Part shown: positions 31,801-43,138 of the stretch, in pieces | Layout of the letters: every line of letters starts with the position of its first letter | How positions within the stretch are numbered: position 1 is the stretch's first letter | Origin: Euglena gracilis | Lineage: Eukaryota | Reading direction: 5' to 3' | NCBI GenBank assembly: GCA_039621445.1 | Contig: CP154954.1 | Location: 33,825,737-33,889,736 of the forward strand | Length of the DNA: 64,000 nucleotides | The notes under the pieces: model-generated | What the model was told of the DNA's origin: nothing | The model's database searches: none | The model's input: the letters and a program-made list of their open reading frames with translations, nothing else | Position numbers and translations under genes: made by a program

Positions 31801-33287
31801 AGAAAAAAATCATTTGAGAGAATAACCGGGACTGAAAGTCGTCCAGTGCTTTTAGTTGTTGCTCCCCCCCTTGACCCACGAGCCCCCACCTCTCACACAC
31901 CCCGGCTCCCGACTGCCCACCTCAGCCCAGGTCGTACGCAAGGGACGGCAGGAGGAAAACAAGAATGGACCCATAAACAAAGAATGCATTTCCCCCCTCA
32001 TTTTTCTCAGTTTCACCCCGTACTTGCCAGAACACCACCTTTTCTCTTCATGGAGTCCCGTCGAAAGCGGATTGGTGCCATCACCTTGGTGGCCCGACGG
32101 CCCTCCCCACCACCTAAGCCCCACCTACAAGAAACCCGTTTCTTTTAGCTGGGTTTCCCAAAAATGGCCCGAGGGGTTTCTTATAGGTGGGGGTTTCTTA
32201 AAGGTGGGTTTCAATGTCCGAAAAAATTTTGAGCCAACAAAAGGCCAAAAGTGGCCAAAAACAGTCAAAAACTTCCCTTTGGCGCCTTTGGCGCCGAAGA
32301 AAAATGGGGGGTTTCTTACAGGTGGTTGTGTTCAAAGTTCCCCGAGGACCCTCGGCCACCGGGGGGGGGGGGCATTTTGCCGGGCCGAGGGGGTCAGTCC
32401 CCCGGGGTCCACCGTGGCGGGCAGCCGGAATTTCCCAAAGGAAAATTCATTGGTATGGTTCGGCATGCCGTGCCGAGGGGGGTTGGCTGACCAGGGGGGG
32501 GGGTCCCCATTTTGCTGTCCCGAGGGGGTCCAACCACTAGGGGGGGGGGGATGGCTGCCGAACCTCCTTTGGTGAGACCCGAGATCACCAAGCCCGTCTC
32601 TCCGCTCGGGTAGGCACAGAGTGTTGTCTGCTCGCAGACATTGAATATAAAGTGTTTAAAACAGAAACATTTGCACTTTTGATTAAAACACTGATATTTT
32701 TCGGGGCATAGTTTCCCTCCCCTGCGTTAGTCAAGCGGACAGAGGGCCGGCTTCGATCGGCACCATCTGTCAGACGTGCGGGTTCGATCCCCTGATCGGA
32801 CCAGCCACGGCATCGCGACGCTGCCGGGCGTGGTTAGGAATGGCCGCTGTATGGCGGGAAATTCCGATGGTGGGCAAACAGATCGGTGGATCGTCCCACC
32901 GTGCCCAACGGGTGAGCGCCGTAGCCATGTGTTACGGCGGTTGCCTGCCTTGCATCGTAGCATCAACCGGCTTCGGCCTTCAGCTCTACAAGGTAGACAA
33001 CAGCACCCGTTGGATACAGTGGTTCGAGACCCTGGTCGGGGATGGAGAACTTCAAGTGCCTCGTACCCCAGGGCTAATGCCCCCCGGCGGAGTGTAGCTC
33101 CACGGGCGAGAAAGAGAAATGGAGATGTCCATTCTGGGCGAGGGCATAGTTTTAAACACATCGCGATTCGCGAAAATGGAGATGCCTAATATGTTGCTAA
33201 AAATTCATTTTGGTTGTCCCAAAAAAAATTTTTGGCTCGCCCTCCCCGGGAAAAAAATGTTCCTACACCTATGGCGCCCCCCCCCCC

Positions 33288-34570
33288 CCCCGGAGGGGGG
33301 CCGTAGGCCAACTAAGTTCACATATCGGGATTCCTTCGGGAGCGCGATTTGGCCCTCCTTTTTTTGCACACACAGGGTGATTTTGTTATTTTTGGCGGCG
33401 GGTCCGGGGGGGGGGGGCACCCCCCGGACCCCCCCCTGTTCACTTCAGAACTGAATTGGACATGTTGACTTCCCGGAGGGGGGGGGTCTAGTGTCGAAGG
33501 CGCCAATTTTTTTATTTGAAAAAGTGCCTTAATCGGTGTGCGCCCGTCGTTCCGGTTTTCGTTTTTTTCCCGAAGCGAACAAGTATGGCCAGGAACACAG
33601 AGGGGAGGAGGAGGCCCCCGGAGGAGGCCGTAGGCCGACTAAGTTCGCATATCGGGGTTCCTTCAGGAGCGCGATTTGGCCCTCCTTATTTTGCACTCAC
33701 AAGGGGACTTTGTTATTTTGGGCGGGGGGGTCCGCTGAGGGGCTGCAGCCCCCCCCCCCGGAGGAGGCCGTAGGCCGACTAAGTTCGCATATCGGGGTTC
33801 CTTCGGGGCCGCGATTTTGCCCTCCTTATTTCGCACACACAAGGCGATTTTGTTATTTTGGGCAGGGGGGGTCCGGGGTGCGGGGGGCGGCAGCCCCCGC
33901 CCCCCACCCCGGAGGAGGTCGTAGGCCGACTAAGTCCGCATATCGGGGTTCCTTGGGGTGCGCGGTTTGGCCCTCCTTATTTTGCACACACAAGGGGATT
34001 TTGTTATTTTGGGCGGGGGGGTCCGGGGGGGGGGGGCGGGAGCCCCCCCCCCCCCCCCGGAGGAGGCCGTAGGCCGACTACCATGCCCCCCCCCCCCTTA
34101 CTGTTCCCGTCCCGTGGCCCCCTTTTGGGTCCATGGGAACAGTAAGGGGGGGGAACAGTAAGGGGGAGGGGGACGAGCTCTCCCCCCCTTACTATTCCCA
34201 TGGGCCATGAACCAACCAACTTGAGCCAAAAGGCCACCTAAAATGCCAAAATGAAGCTTTTTTGGTTTACATGCTTGAAAATTGCACCTCCACAACATCC
34301 ATTTTGGCATTAGGTTGGATTTTGGTGGGATGGAAAGCACCAAAAACCGACCAAAAAAAATCCCCCTTTTTGCCTTGTGTTCCAAGAATCCTTTACAAAA
34401 AGTGCTATGACACTGTACTGTTCCCGTCCCCCCAATGGGAACAGTAAGGGGGGGGGGGCTAATTGTCGCCCCCCCCAAGGGGGGGGGGAGGGGGGTGACA
34501 AATAGGGGGGGGTCACGTTAAGGAGGGCCAAACCGCTCTCCCGAAGGAACCCCGATATGCGAACTTACCA
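33288..34570. repeat. ~145-bp tandem repeat family with one partial inverted copy
   Basis: CCGGAGGAGGCCGTAGGCCGACTAAGTTCGCATATCGGGGTTCC at ~33290, 33617, 33758, 33909 and 34057 (partial); inverted at ~34518-34568. Confidence 0.85.
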
Positions 34571-34774
34571 TGCCCCCCCCCCTTACTGTTCCCCGACCCA
34601 TGGACATGTAGGTTAAATTGAGTAACCCCCCCCTAATTGTCACCAGGTTTTGAATAGTCTGAGCTCTTAATAAGCACGCCCCCACCCCTTCATTGACCCA
34701 CCCATATACACCAGCCACTCTGTGGAGCTCTTTGGACTGAAATGCAAGGGTTTTGTGCCTGCAACGGGAGGCCA

Positions 34775-35350
34775 AGGGGTCAAAAATCGCTCATTTTTTG
34801 CTCAAAAACGGGGTTTCCGGGTCCGGGAGGCCAAAAAACATCGTTTTCGGCAAAAAAAAATCGATTTTTTAAAACTTTTTTGACCCAGTTTTGACCCAAA
34901 GTCAATGGGTTGGCGGCCCAAAACGGGGCTCTGGTGGGTCGAAAAACGCTCATTTTCGGCTCAAAAACAGTTTTTCCGGGTGCGGGAGGCCAAAAAACAC
35001 CGTTTCGGGCAAAAAAAATTTCGATTTTTTTTTGACTTTTTTGACCCGGTTTTGACCCAAAGTCAATGGGTTAGCGGCCCAAAACGGGGCACTAGCGAGT
35101 CGAAAAACGCTCATTTTCGACTCAAAAACAGTTTTTCCGGGTCCAGGAGGCCAAAAAACATCGTTTCGGGCAAATAATTTTTTTTCCATTTTTTCGACCT
35201 TTTTTGACACGGGTTTGACCCAAAGTCAATGGGTTGGCGGCCCAAAACGGGTCGCTTTGCGGGTCGAAAAACGCTCGTTTTCGGCTCAAAAACAGTTTTT
35301 CCGGGTCAGGGAGGCAAATTTTTTTTCCGATTTTTTCGACTTTTTTGGCC
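34775..35350 (+). repeat. ~160-bp tandem repeat, about 3.5 copies
   Basis: TTTGACCCAAAGTCAATGGGTT at ~34890, 35050 and 35214, with conserved downstream sequence. Confidence 0.85.
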
Positions 35351-36338
35351 GAAAACTGCTAAGTCGAACAGAGGGAAAAGTGTACAAAATCGCCTATCTC
35401 GGGATGGGCGGTGAGCTGCGGGGAAACCTAAATCCCAGTAGATAGAGCGTTACAAGGGCTTCAATTTAGGTCTGCAGACATTTCCTTTGATTTTGCATCA
35501 TTTTCGAGATATTGTGAAAACATCAATTTTTTTGACCCCCCACCCCCCCGAAAACGGCTACCCCCCCCCCTTTTTTTGAGCACACCCACGGGCCAACGGA
35601 CCCCCCAAATGCTCAAATAAGGGGGGGGGTCAAATAAGGGGGGGGTCAAAAATTCCTTTAGAAAGCGGGCAAAAAAAATTTTCGGCGCCTTCGGCGCATA
35701 AAAAAAAATTTTCCCCGGACCCAAATGCTCAATTAAGGGGGGGGGTCAAATAAAGGGGGGGGGGGTAAGTCGAACAGTGGGAAAAGTGTAAAAAAAAAAA
35801 CCGGCCATCAGCGCCGAAAACGGCCGTATCTCGGGCTAGGCGGGGAGTTGCGGCGAAATCAAATACCAGTAGATGGGGCGTTCTAAGGGCTTCAAATTAG
35901 GTCTCCGGACATTTCCTTTGATTTTGCTTCATTTTGGAGATATTTTCATACTGCTCAACGGAAGCAAGAAGCAACGCAGCGGCGGGAAGTTGGCGTATTG
36001 TGGGGGGGGGGGCAGACGCATGCTCCAAACACCTCGTGGCCTGTTGGCCAGGAACAGAAGCACATCACGAAAGGCATCACAAACATCCCGGGCATTTCCA
36101 AGGTACCCCATTTTTGTACACGTGTTTACTACCGGAGGGATGAAATACCGCGCCACATTAATTACCAAATGGATTAATACCGCTCACTGGGCGAGTTTCC
36201 GAAACTGGCGATCTGGGCATTTTTCTGGCACGGCGGCCGGAATTAGGATCAGGCAAAAATTAATCTGGGTCGCGGAGTGAGTTTTTTCTGCCTCACAGAG
36301 GTGCGATCAGGCGTCTGGCAGGTTTTATAAAAGAGCGG

Positions 36339-36527
36339 TATTACCACCCCCCCCCCTTTATTGTCCCCCCCCTTTATTGTCCCTGGGCCCCGGCCGATGG
36401 GGGGTTTTTTTGGCCCGGCCAATGAAATTCCTTTGGTACCCCTTTATTGTCCCCCCCCCTTTATTGTCCGGTCGGGCCTCCCGGGGGCAGGTCGGTGGGA
36501 CAATGAAGGGGGGGGGGGTGGTAATCC
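36339..36527. mobile_element. Small MITE-like element
   Basis: ATTACCACCCCCCCCCTTTATTGTCCC at the left and GGGACAATGAAGGGGGGGGGGTGGTAAT at the right form a TIR pair. Confidence 0.55.
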
Positions 36528-36657
36528 ATTCGGTATTGCTACCGAGCGGTATTTTCATCCCCCCGGTATAATCGGTATTTTTTGCGCGAATCACGTGGAC
36601 TTGAACACGGTTTTCACTACCGGTGTACATCATGGACTCTTAACACGGTTTCAACAT

Positions 36658-36757
36658 TGTTTCGTGTTCTGATCCCGCTTTTGTACCAGGAAAACCGGGG
36701 GCGCCTTCGGCACCCCCGGTTTTCCTGGTAAAAAAAGCGGGATCAGAACACGAAACA
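36658..36757. repeat. ~48-bp-stem hairpin with TTC loop
   Basis: TGTTTCGTGTTCTGATCCCGCTTTT..CCAGGAAAACCGGGGGCGCC-TTC followed by its near-exact reverse complement. Confidence 0.9.
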
Positions 36758-38399
36758 TCTTTTAGAACAACACAAGGGATTCCCCCCCCCCAAACAACTC
36801 GGAAACACAAGGCATTTGCCCCCCAAAACGACTTGGAAACACAAGGGCGTCCTCGAGTAATGACCGCACTGGCCGTTCGGCTGCATCGAGTTGTGCAAAT
36901 TTTCGACCTCTGTGATCTCCGCCAACACGTCCAGCGGGGTTGGCTTTTTTGGTTTGCCTTCGCTTTCCTCGGCGTTGAGAGGGCAGCGCCTCTTCCAGGC
37001 CGGAAATGGACACGGGCTGCAAAGATGTCTTCGCGCTTCGACGAGAGTTCTTGTTTTGGCTCTGACGCATCTGTCTTTTCCGCGTAACTCTGCATCGATC
37101 CCTGTCTTGCTTGCGGAGAAGAGCAGGCGCTGCGATGTCCTGTGCTTTTTGCGTGCAATGTTCTTGAGGCGTGCAGGGCCTCCGTTTTCCCCCTGCCCGG
37201 TGCCGTGGCGCAGCCACACCTACACCTCCGTGTCAATAAGGAGGAGCGGAGCAGGAAGGCAGACAGCGTGATTTTGAATGTCTTGGAGTCGGTGAGGACG
37301 CATTCTGGCCAGGGCAGTAGGTCCGGGGGGCGGAGGTACGGCCCCTCACGCCGGCGGCGCGGTCGCTCTCCGCCGGGTGCGCGTGCTTGGCTGAGGTAGG
37401 CACTGGCCGTCCGGCCGCATCGAGCTGTGCAGAATGTTGGCCTTGGGGACCCCGGCCGGAGATTGCCCGGTCGGAAATGGGCAAAGGCTGCCGAGATGTC
37501 TTGGCGCTTCGACCAGGCGTCTTGTTTTCGCTGTGACGCCGCTGTGGGGCAGAGTAGGCACTGCGATGTCCCGGGCTTTTTGCTTGGAGTTTCTTCTGGC
37601 AGAACGGCAGCGCGTCCGTTTTTCCCCTGACTCTGCCCAGTGAGGTGGCAAGGCTAGCCCCAGGCTGCGGCAAACGTTTTTGGCAGAGGGGGTGGCAGGA
37701 CTATGCAATCTGTGGACACTACTTTTGCTCCCAATGTCTTTGATGCAATCTCCAGGGCCCACTGTGATGGATTTTCCCCGGAGTTTCGTTGGAATTGACA
37801 TCCTCAGCAGTTGGGGGAATTTTTTTCACGGTGGGTAGCACAGCTTCACCCAACCGTGCCCCGGGCCCAGGGAAACGTCTCTTTTGGCCCTCGCCACAAG
37901 AGGAACCCCCTTGTGACTCCCTGTGCCGCCACAGGTCGCGGGTTGCTTACACTATGGGTGTTATGTACAGAAGAGAGAAGAGTGCCGAGTAACTGTTAAG
38001 AGTGTGGAGGTTAGTGGTAAGAGGAAGATGAGCAAAGGTCACCTTCAATATAGGGGGTGTTGGGGTCGCAGGGCGGGTCGCGGGGGGGTCGCGGGGGGGA
38101 AATGGATTTCGCGGCAGGTCATGTGTGACTTGTGTGACGTCGTCCTATCCTCTAATTTTAGATCCCAATTAGGAATTTGCGTGCCATTTGGGTCTGAAAA
38201 TAGGTCCAATTAGGAATTTGCGACCAATTTTTCGCGGTTTTGATTCCTAATTGAGTGGCAAATTCCTAATTAATGAAAACGGGATGGCGTGTTTGTGTCG
38301 GGATTTTGCTCTTCGTTGGGGGAAAGCACACCATTGCTCCCAGCATTGAGGGATCCATTTTTCTTTTAGGGGCTATAGCCGGCTTGCTGGGTCGCGCGT

Positions 38400-39755
38400 G
38401 CACTCTCTTCTCACCTTGTGGAGTCCAGGGCGGGCGGGTTACCCTTTGCGTGTGTGTTGCTTTTGCCGGCTCCACTCCCCTTTGTCGCCTCGTTGGGCGG
38501 ATACCTTTCGCCTGGCGTGTAGGCTCTGTTTTTTTTTTGGCGGCTTCTTTTTTTTGTGGGGGGGGCGCCTTTTTTGGGGGGGAGGTGTTTCCGTGGTGAA
38601 CCTCCGCGCTTTGTGGGTTGTCTTGGCCTTGGTCTTGATCGCTTTTTGGTGTGGTCTGCGGTGGGGGTTGGGGACTTACCATGGGTGGAGGGCCTCCACC
38701 CCTCCACCCACTCCTCCACGCGGTCCCTGGCGGATAGCTGCCGCGCCACGTGGCGCATGAGTGTCACTGATAGTGCTTCCTGCATTTCTTGCAGGGCCCT
38801 TGTCTTTGGCCATCCCCGCATGTCTGCGGTGGCCCTTTTGGTGACCTCAAACAGCACCGCCTTGGCAGAGGTCCCCAGGCCTCCCCATGTGCTCAGGCCG
38901 AAGGGTGAGAAGCCCCACCCCTTCGCCTGACACGGGGGGCCATCCGTCTGCACTTTCCTGGTTTCCACCTGGTTGCAATGCCTGCGGGCATTGTCCACCA
39001 CCAGTGGGTGCTCTCCCAGCCCCGCGGGGTGGCTGCAGACGAAAGCAACTGCCACGTGTTGCCCCCGTGACCAGTTGATGAGGAGAACATCGGCTGGTCT
39101 TTTGTTCGCCAAACACTCTGCCTCCTTCTCCACCGCAATGTTGTACCGGGCACACATCGCCGCAAAAGCATCTCGGAATGCATTGTGCCGTTGGGTGTTT
39201 CCATTCTGCTCGCAGCAGACGAAGTGATCCCTGAAGGGATCAATGGACCCTCGACACAGTGGGCACCCCGGCAGCGTGACCCCTGAAGGGAGGATGGGCA
39301 GGCCAAGCCACCACCGCAGTAGCAGCCGGTATTGGGTGTCCGAGAAAGCTGTGTGCTGTGCCTTGCTGGGCAAAGTCCGCAGCCATCCCGTTGCCACCGG
39401 TCCCTTTTGGCAAGCCCGTCTCACCCGGTCCCTGGAAGAGCCGACCGCCACCGTTGGGTGGCGTGTTCTGGTGCTGCGGAGGAGAGTGGGGTGGTGCCTG
39501 CGAGCCAGCTGGCCACGGGATCCATGTTGGGGCCAAGCTGTTGCTGCAACCGTTGTAGCGTGTCTTGCATGTCCGGGGATGGGGTTGCCAACACCGAGGC
39601 TGGCACCTCCACTGCTTGGCTGCCGTGCATCCCCAGATTCAGCAAGGCCGCCATCCGTGCCGCGGGTTGCAACACTTCGGGGTCCGAGATTCCGAGTCCT
39701 CCTTGGCGGATGGGCAGGGAGACTTGATGATCATGACTTGATGACATTGAGGAAG
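38400..39755 (-). mobile_element. Element A: 5'-truncated CRE-like non-LTR retrotransposon (thumb/linker, CCHC, restriction-like endonuclease); frameshifted
   Basis: QVSLPIRQGGLG, GWLRTLPS, LRWWLGLP, CPLC..DHFVCC, RHNAFRD, RPADVL, GFSPFGLSTWGGLG. The 3' limit is approximate. Confidence 0.85.
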
Positions 39756-40518
39756 TCCACCGACCAGTGGCACAGCCTACTGGATTTGAGTGTTCAGGAG
39801 GAGCAAGGCTATATACAGAGCTGAAGTGTGGTGAGGTAAGGGCAAGGGCAAAGCCCAAGCGAAAGGGGATGAGGAGTGGCGGGTGTTTGGTGTGCATGCG
39901 CCGGGCCCTTCGGGGCTGTGGTACCCGGAGGCTGGTGTAAGGGTCATAGTCACCTTACGGGGTCAGGATCATGCGATCCGTGGCTCTTTCGGCCACCCGC
40001 AGCTGCCGTGCTACTACGCGGGCCAGCGTGATGGCCAAGTTCTCAGTCAATTCTTGAAACCTTCGTTGTTTGGATGTTCCAGAGTACGAGTTGGTTGCGA
40101 GGCGGAGAACATCACGGAGGAGTTTGGAGGCTGCTGGCCCCGTGCACCCCCAGGGGTTAAAGGCTGCTCCAATGTACTCCCATTGGTGGCGGGCGCACCG
40201 ATCTTCCGCTTGGGATCGTTTGTGCATTTCAGCATCCGGTAAAGTACGTTGAACTCGGGTTAAGTTCAGAGGCCATCGTGAGGGTGCCAGCGGGTGTTCG
40301 ATGGTGATATCCACAGTAGGGTTGTGCCAATTAATCGGTTTGGGAAGTCGAACGATTAATTGCGATTAATCGGGGGGTCCCAGACGATTAACGATTAATT
40401 GGTCCATGTGTGATACTTTCGCAAACCAACCCAAAAAAAATCAAAATCCACAAAAATAACAACAAAAAATCGTAAGGGTGAGAGCCCTCGTCAACTAAAA
40501 TTTTTACTTTACTTAAAA

Positions 40519-40590
40519 TGGCGAATAGCTCAGTGGTAGAGCATAGGGCTTACAACCCTACAGTCCCGGGTTCAATCCCCGGTCGTCCCC
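40519..40590 (+). tRNA. tRNA-like unit (probable pseudo-tRNA), anticodon position TAC (Val)
   Basis: A box TAGCTCAGTGGTAGAGC, anticodon stem TAGGG/CCCTA, T arm CCGGGTTCAATCCCCGG, downstream TTTT. The acceptor stem is out of register. Confidence 0.5.
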
Positions 40591-40667
40591 CTTTTGGACA
40601 TTTTCCCTTTTTTCAGAAGAGTGTGTTATTGTGTTTAAAAAAAAGTGTGAGACTTTAGCCACCCAGA

Positions 40668-40739
40668 AGGCGAATAGCTCAGTGGTAGAGCATAGGGCTA
40701 ATAACCGTATGGTCCCGGGTTCAATCCCGGTTCGCCCCC
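40668..40739 (+). tRNA. tRNA-like unit (pseudo), anticodon position AAT
   Basis: Second copy of the same ~145-bp tandem unit; mismatch in the anticodon stem. Confidence 0.4.
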
Positions 40740-40805
40740 TTTTGGACCTTTTCCTTTTTTTTCAGAAGAGTCTGGTATTGTGTCAAAAAGGAATGTGTGG
40801 TCAGA

Positions 40806-40877
40806 AGGCGAATACCTTAGTGGTAGAGCATAAGGGTAACAACTCTACGGTCCCGGGTTCAATCCCCGGTCGCCCCC
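40806..40877 (+). tRNA. tRNA-like unit (pseudo), anticodon position AAC; truncated fourth copy at ~40960-40987
   Basis: Third tandem copy; degenerate D and anticodon arms, intact B box. Confidence 0.35.
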
Positions 40878-42334
40878 TTTTTGGACATTTTTCCTTTTTC
40901 AGAAGAGTTTGTTTTAGTGTTTAAAAGAAAATGTGTCGGAAATGTGAAATCCACCAAAAAGCGAATAGCTCAGTGGTGGAGTATAGGCAAAGGCCGTTTT
41001 TCAAAGGCCGAGCAAAGTCGGTTTTTCAGTGCTGGGAGTTTTGAGGGCAAATGTGATTTGCCGACCCCCCGGGGGGGGGTGGTGATTGACAGTTCTCCGC
41101 AAAAAAAAAAGCGACTGACTTTGTGTGGACTGGACCCAGACACAGGAGGCAAAGCACTTGGATTGGACAGCCAAATTCCTTCTGTTTCTATTGTGCTCAT
41201 TGCTTTTTAGCTTTTTTCCGCCGAGGCATACATGGAATATCGTACAGTCGCAAAATGTTCATGCGAACTGACATGAGGGCACGAATACTCTCCTCGGAGG
41301 TCGGAGGTCAGAATGAAGCAAACTTTGTGCAGAAAAGCTCTTTTGCAGGGTGTCGCCCAGACCACTTGGAGCTCAGACCACTTGGAATTAAATTGCAAGC
41401 GATGGGGAGGTCCCCAGATGCATTTCTGAGCCCCCTCCCAAAAATCCTTCATGGTCCATGGTGCATTTTTTTTGCTTCGAAAATGTGGGTTGCCAACTTT
41501 TCGCAGGAGTCATGGCTCCCCCCCCCAGGACCCCCCAGGACCCCCCAGGACCCCTCCCCCCCAAGACCTCCCAGGACCCCCCCAGGACCCCCACAGGGGG
41601 GCAATACCCACACGACCACTGATCGTGGAGTTCCGGGCGCCTCCGGACCCCCCATTTGTCAGGAATAAGCGATAAGCAACACACTACTCCTTTCCACACA
41701 CGCCTCTGAAGGGGCCATACTGAAAATTGCAATTGCAACTTTTGAGAGGAGCGGTGGAGCAGGGTGTGAAACGGTCTGATGAGCAGGGGGGGGGGGGCAA
41801 AAATTGGTGAAATTTTGGTTGCAGTTGCACCTCACATCAGTGTCATACCCTGGATACTTGTAAGGCGATGGATCGCCAATACTGGACAGGGTGTGGGCAT
41901 TCTGTCGGAGGGGACAGAGCGCCAAGTCGAGCCACCCATTGGCCCCATTGCGCTCTCAAGGAGGGCAAAAATTCTCCTGTGTGGCCCATTTTTTTGAGCA
42001 AAGGGATGCAGAAGGTTGTCAACAACGAGGAAATTTTGGTGAGATCACAGGTTCACTCATTGCAGGGGGGGGGTGAATCTCAATTGGAACAACAACTGTT
42101 TTGAACAAAAATGGCGAGGTTGGCGTTTATTATGAAAAAGTGAACGTGTGGGGGAAAAGGCACGTTTTTTGCCCGAAAAATGCAATGCCTTCGGAATCAC
42201 TGAAACAACCCCAAAAACCAAAATAGTACACTTCATACCAAACATTCATCGTGATGGGGCGAAAACCAGGATAACCACTGGAAAACCAGGATAAGAACCT
42301 CTTTACCTTGTTTATGGGTTGTAATTGTACAGCA

Positions 42335-42406
42335 AGACGAGTGGCCAAGTGGTAGAGCGTGTGTTCTATGACCGTGTGGTCGTGGGTTCGATTCCTGCCT
42401 CGTCTT
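42335..42406 (+). tRNA. tRNA-like unit (pseudo), anticodon position TAT
   Basis: Perfect acceptor stem AGACGAG/CTCGTCT and B box GGTTCGATTCC; weak D and anticodon stems. Confidence 0.4.
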
Positions 42407-42470
42407 TTAAAGTTCAACTTTTGTTGACAAAACCACCAACAAAAGTTGGATAAAATGGGTTACAAAACTT

Positions 42471-42542
42471 CATACATGGTGGGGATCGAACCCACGACCT
42501 CACGGCTGTGAAGTATGCGTTGTACCACTGAACTACATGCAT
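42471..42542 (-). tRNA. tRNA-like unit (pseudo), anticodon position CAC (Val)
   Basis: Acceptor stem ATGCATG/CATGTAT, T arm GTGGGTTCGATCCCCAC; anticodon stem mismatched. Confidence 0.4.
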
Positions 42543-43138
42543 TGTTACTTAACAGGAACATTTTCCATAATAACCTTAATCTTGAACATTGGGATGTATG
42601 ACATGGTGAGATGTTGTCTTGTTTCCGTTGACCTGTTTTTGTGGACCGATTAATCTCCCCCCACCGAACGATTCGATTAATCGGCGGCCACGGACGATTA
42701 GTCGATTAATCGATTAATCGAATCTACCCTATCCACAGCAAGGTGCTTCCCTTTGTTCCACCCCAGCAGGAGGAGATCAGCGTCGCGGGTGCCAGCCTCA
42801 CAGCCCTGTTCTTTGCGCAGGGTGATGCCTGAGCGTTGGCAGAGGTCGAAGATGGCGTCGCGGATGCAGTTGTGTCTTTCGGTTATGCCATTCCTTCTGC
42901 AAGTAAGGAGGTGGTCTCCGAAGGGGTTGACCGCCTCACCACACAAGGGGCACAAGAGCATGTCTGTTGTTGGGATGAGGGGTAAACCGGTCCAGAAGCG
43001 CAATAGCAGTCTGTATTCATCCGGTGCTAGGACAGTGTTCACGGACCTGGACGGCAGGACAGTCATCCAATTCTGAAGGAAGGCAGAGGACTGACAGCGA
43101 AGTCTGGCGATGTCCCGAAGAGGTGCACCCTCCTCCAG

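Larger units (their letters stand above)
40317..42730 (-). mobile_element. hAT-derived non-autonomous DNA transposon inserted in element B
   Basis: Ends TAGGGTTG...CTACCCT(A) with CGATTAATCG subterminal repeats. Target duplication ATCCACAG (8 bp, or 7 bp TCCACAG depending on the boundary). Remnant of the hAT dimerisation motif PLLSKVAIAIFSMAPSEACVERS on the minus strand at ~41686-41755. Confidence 0.85.

Noticed and set aside
32727-33189. Coding-like island with overlapping ORFs and a GGTTCGATCCC B-box-like motif
   Set aside because: No protein motif and no tRNA cloverleaf around the box.
33288-35350. CRISPR-like appearance of regularly spaced repeats
   Set aside because: The units are long and wholly repeated with no unique spacers, there are no cas genes, and the context is eukaryotic.
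40519-42542. Functional tRNA gene cluster
   Set aside because: Every unit has a broken acceptor, D or anticodon stem and all lie inside a transposon; treated as pseudo-tRNAs.
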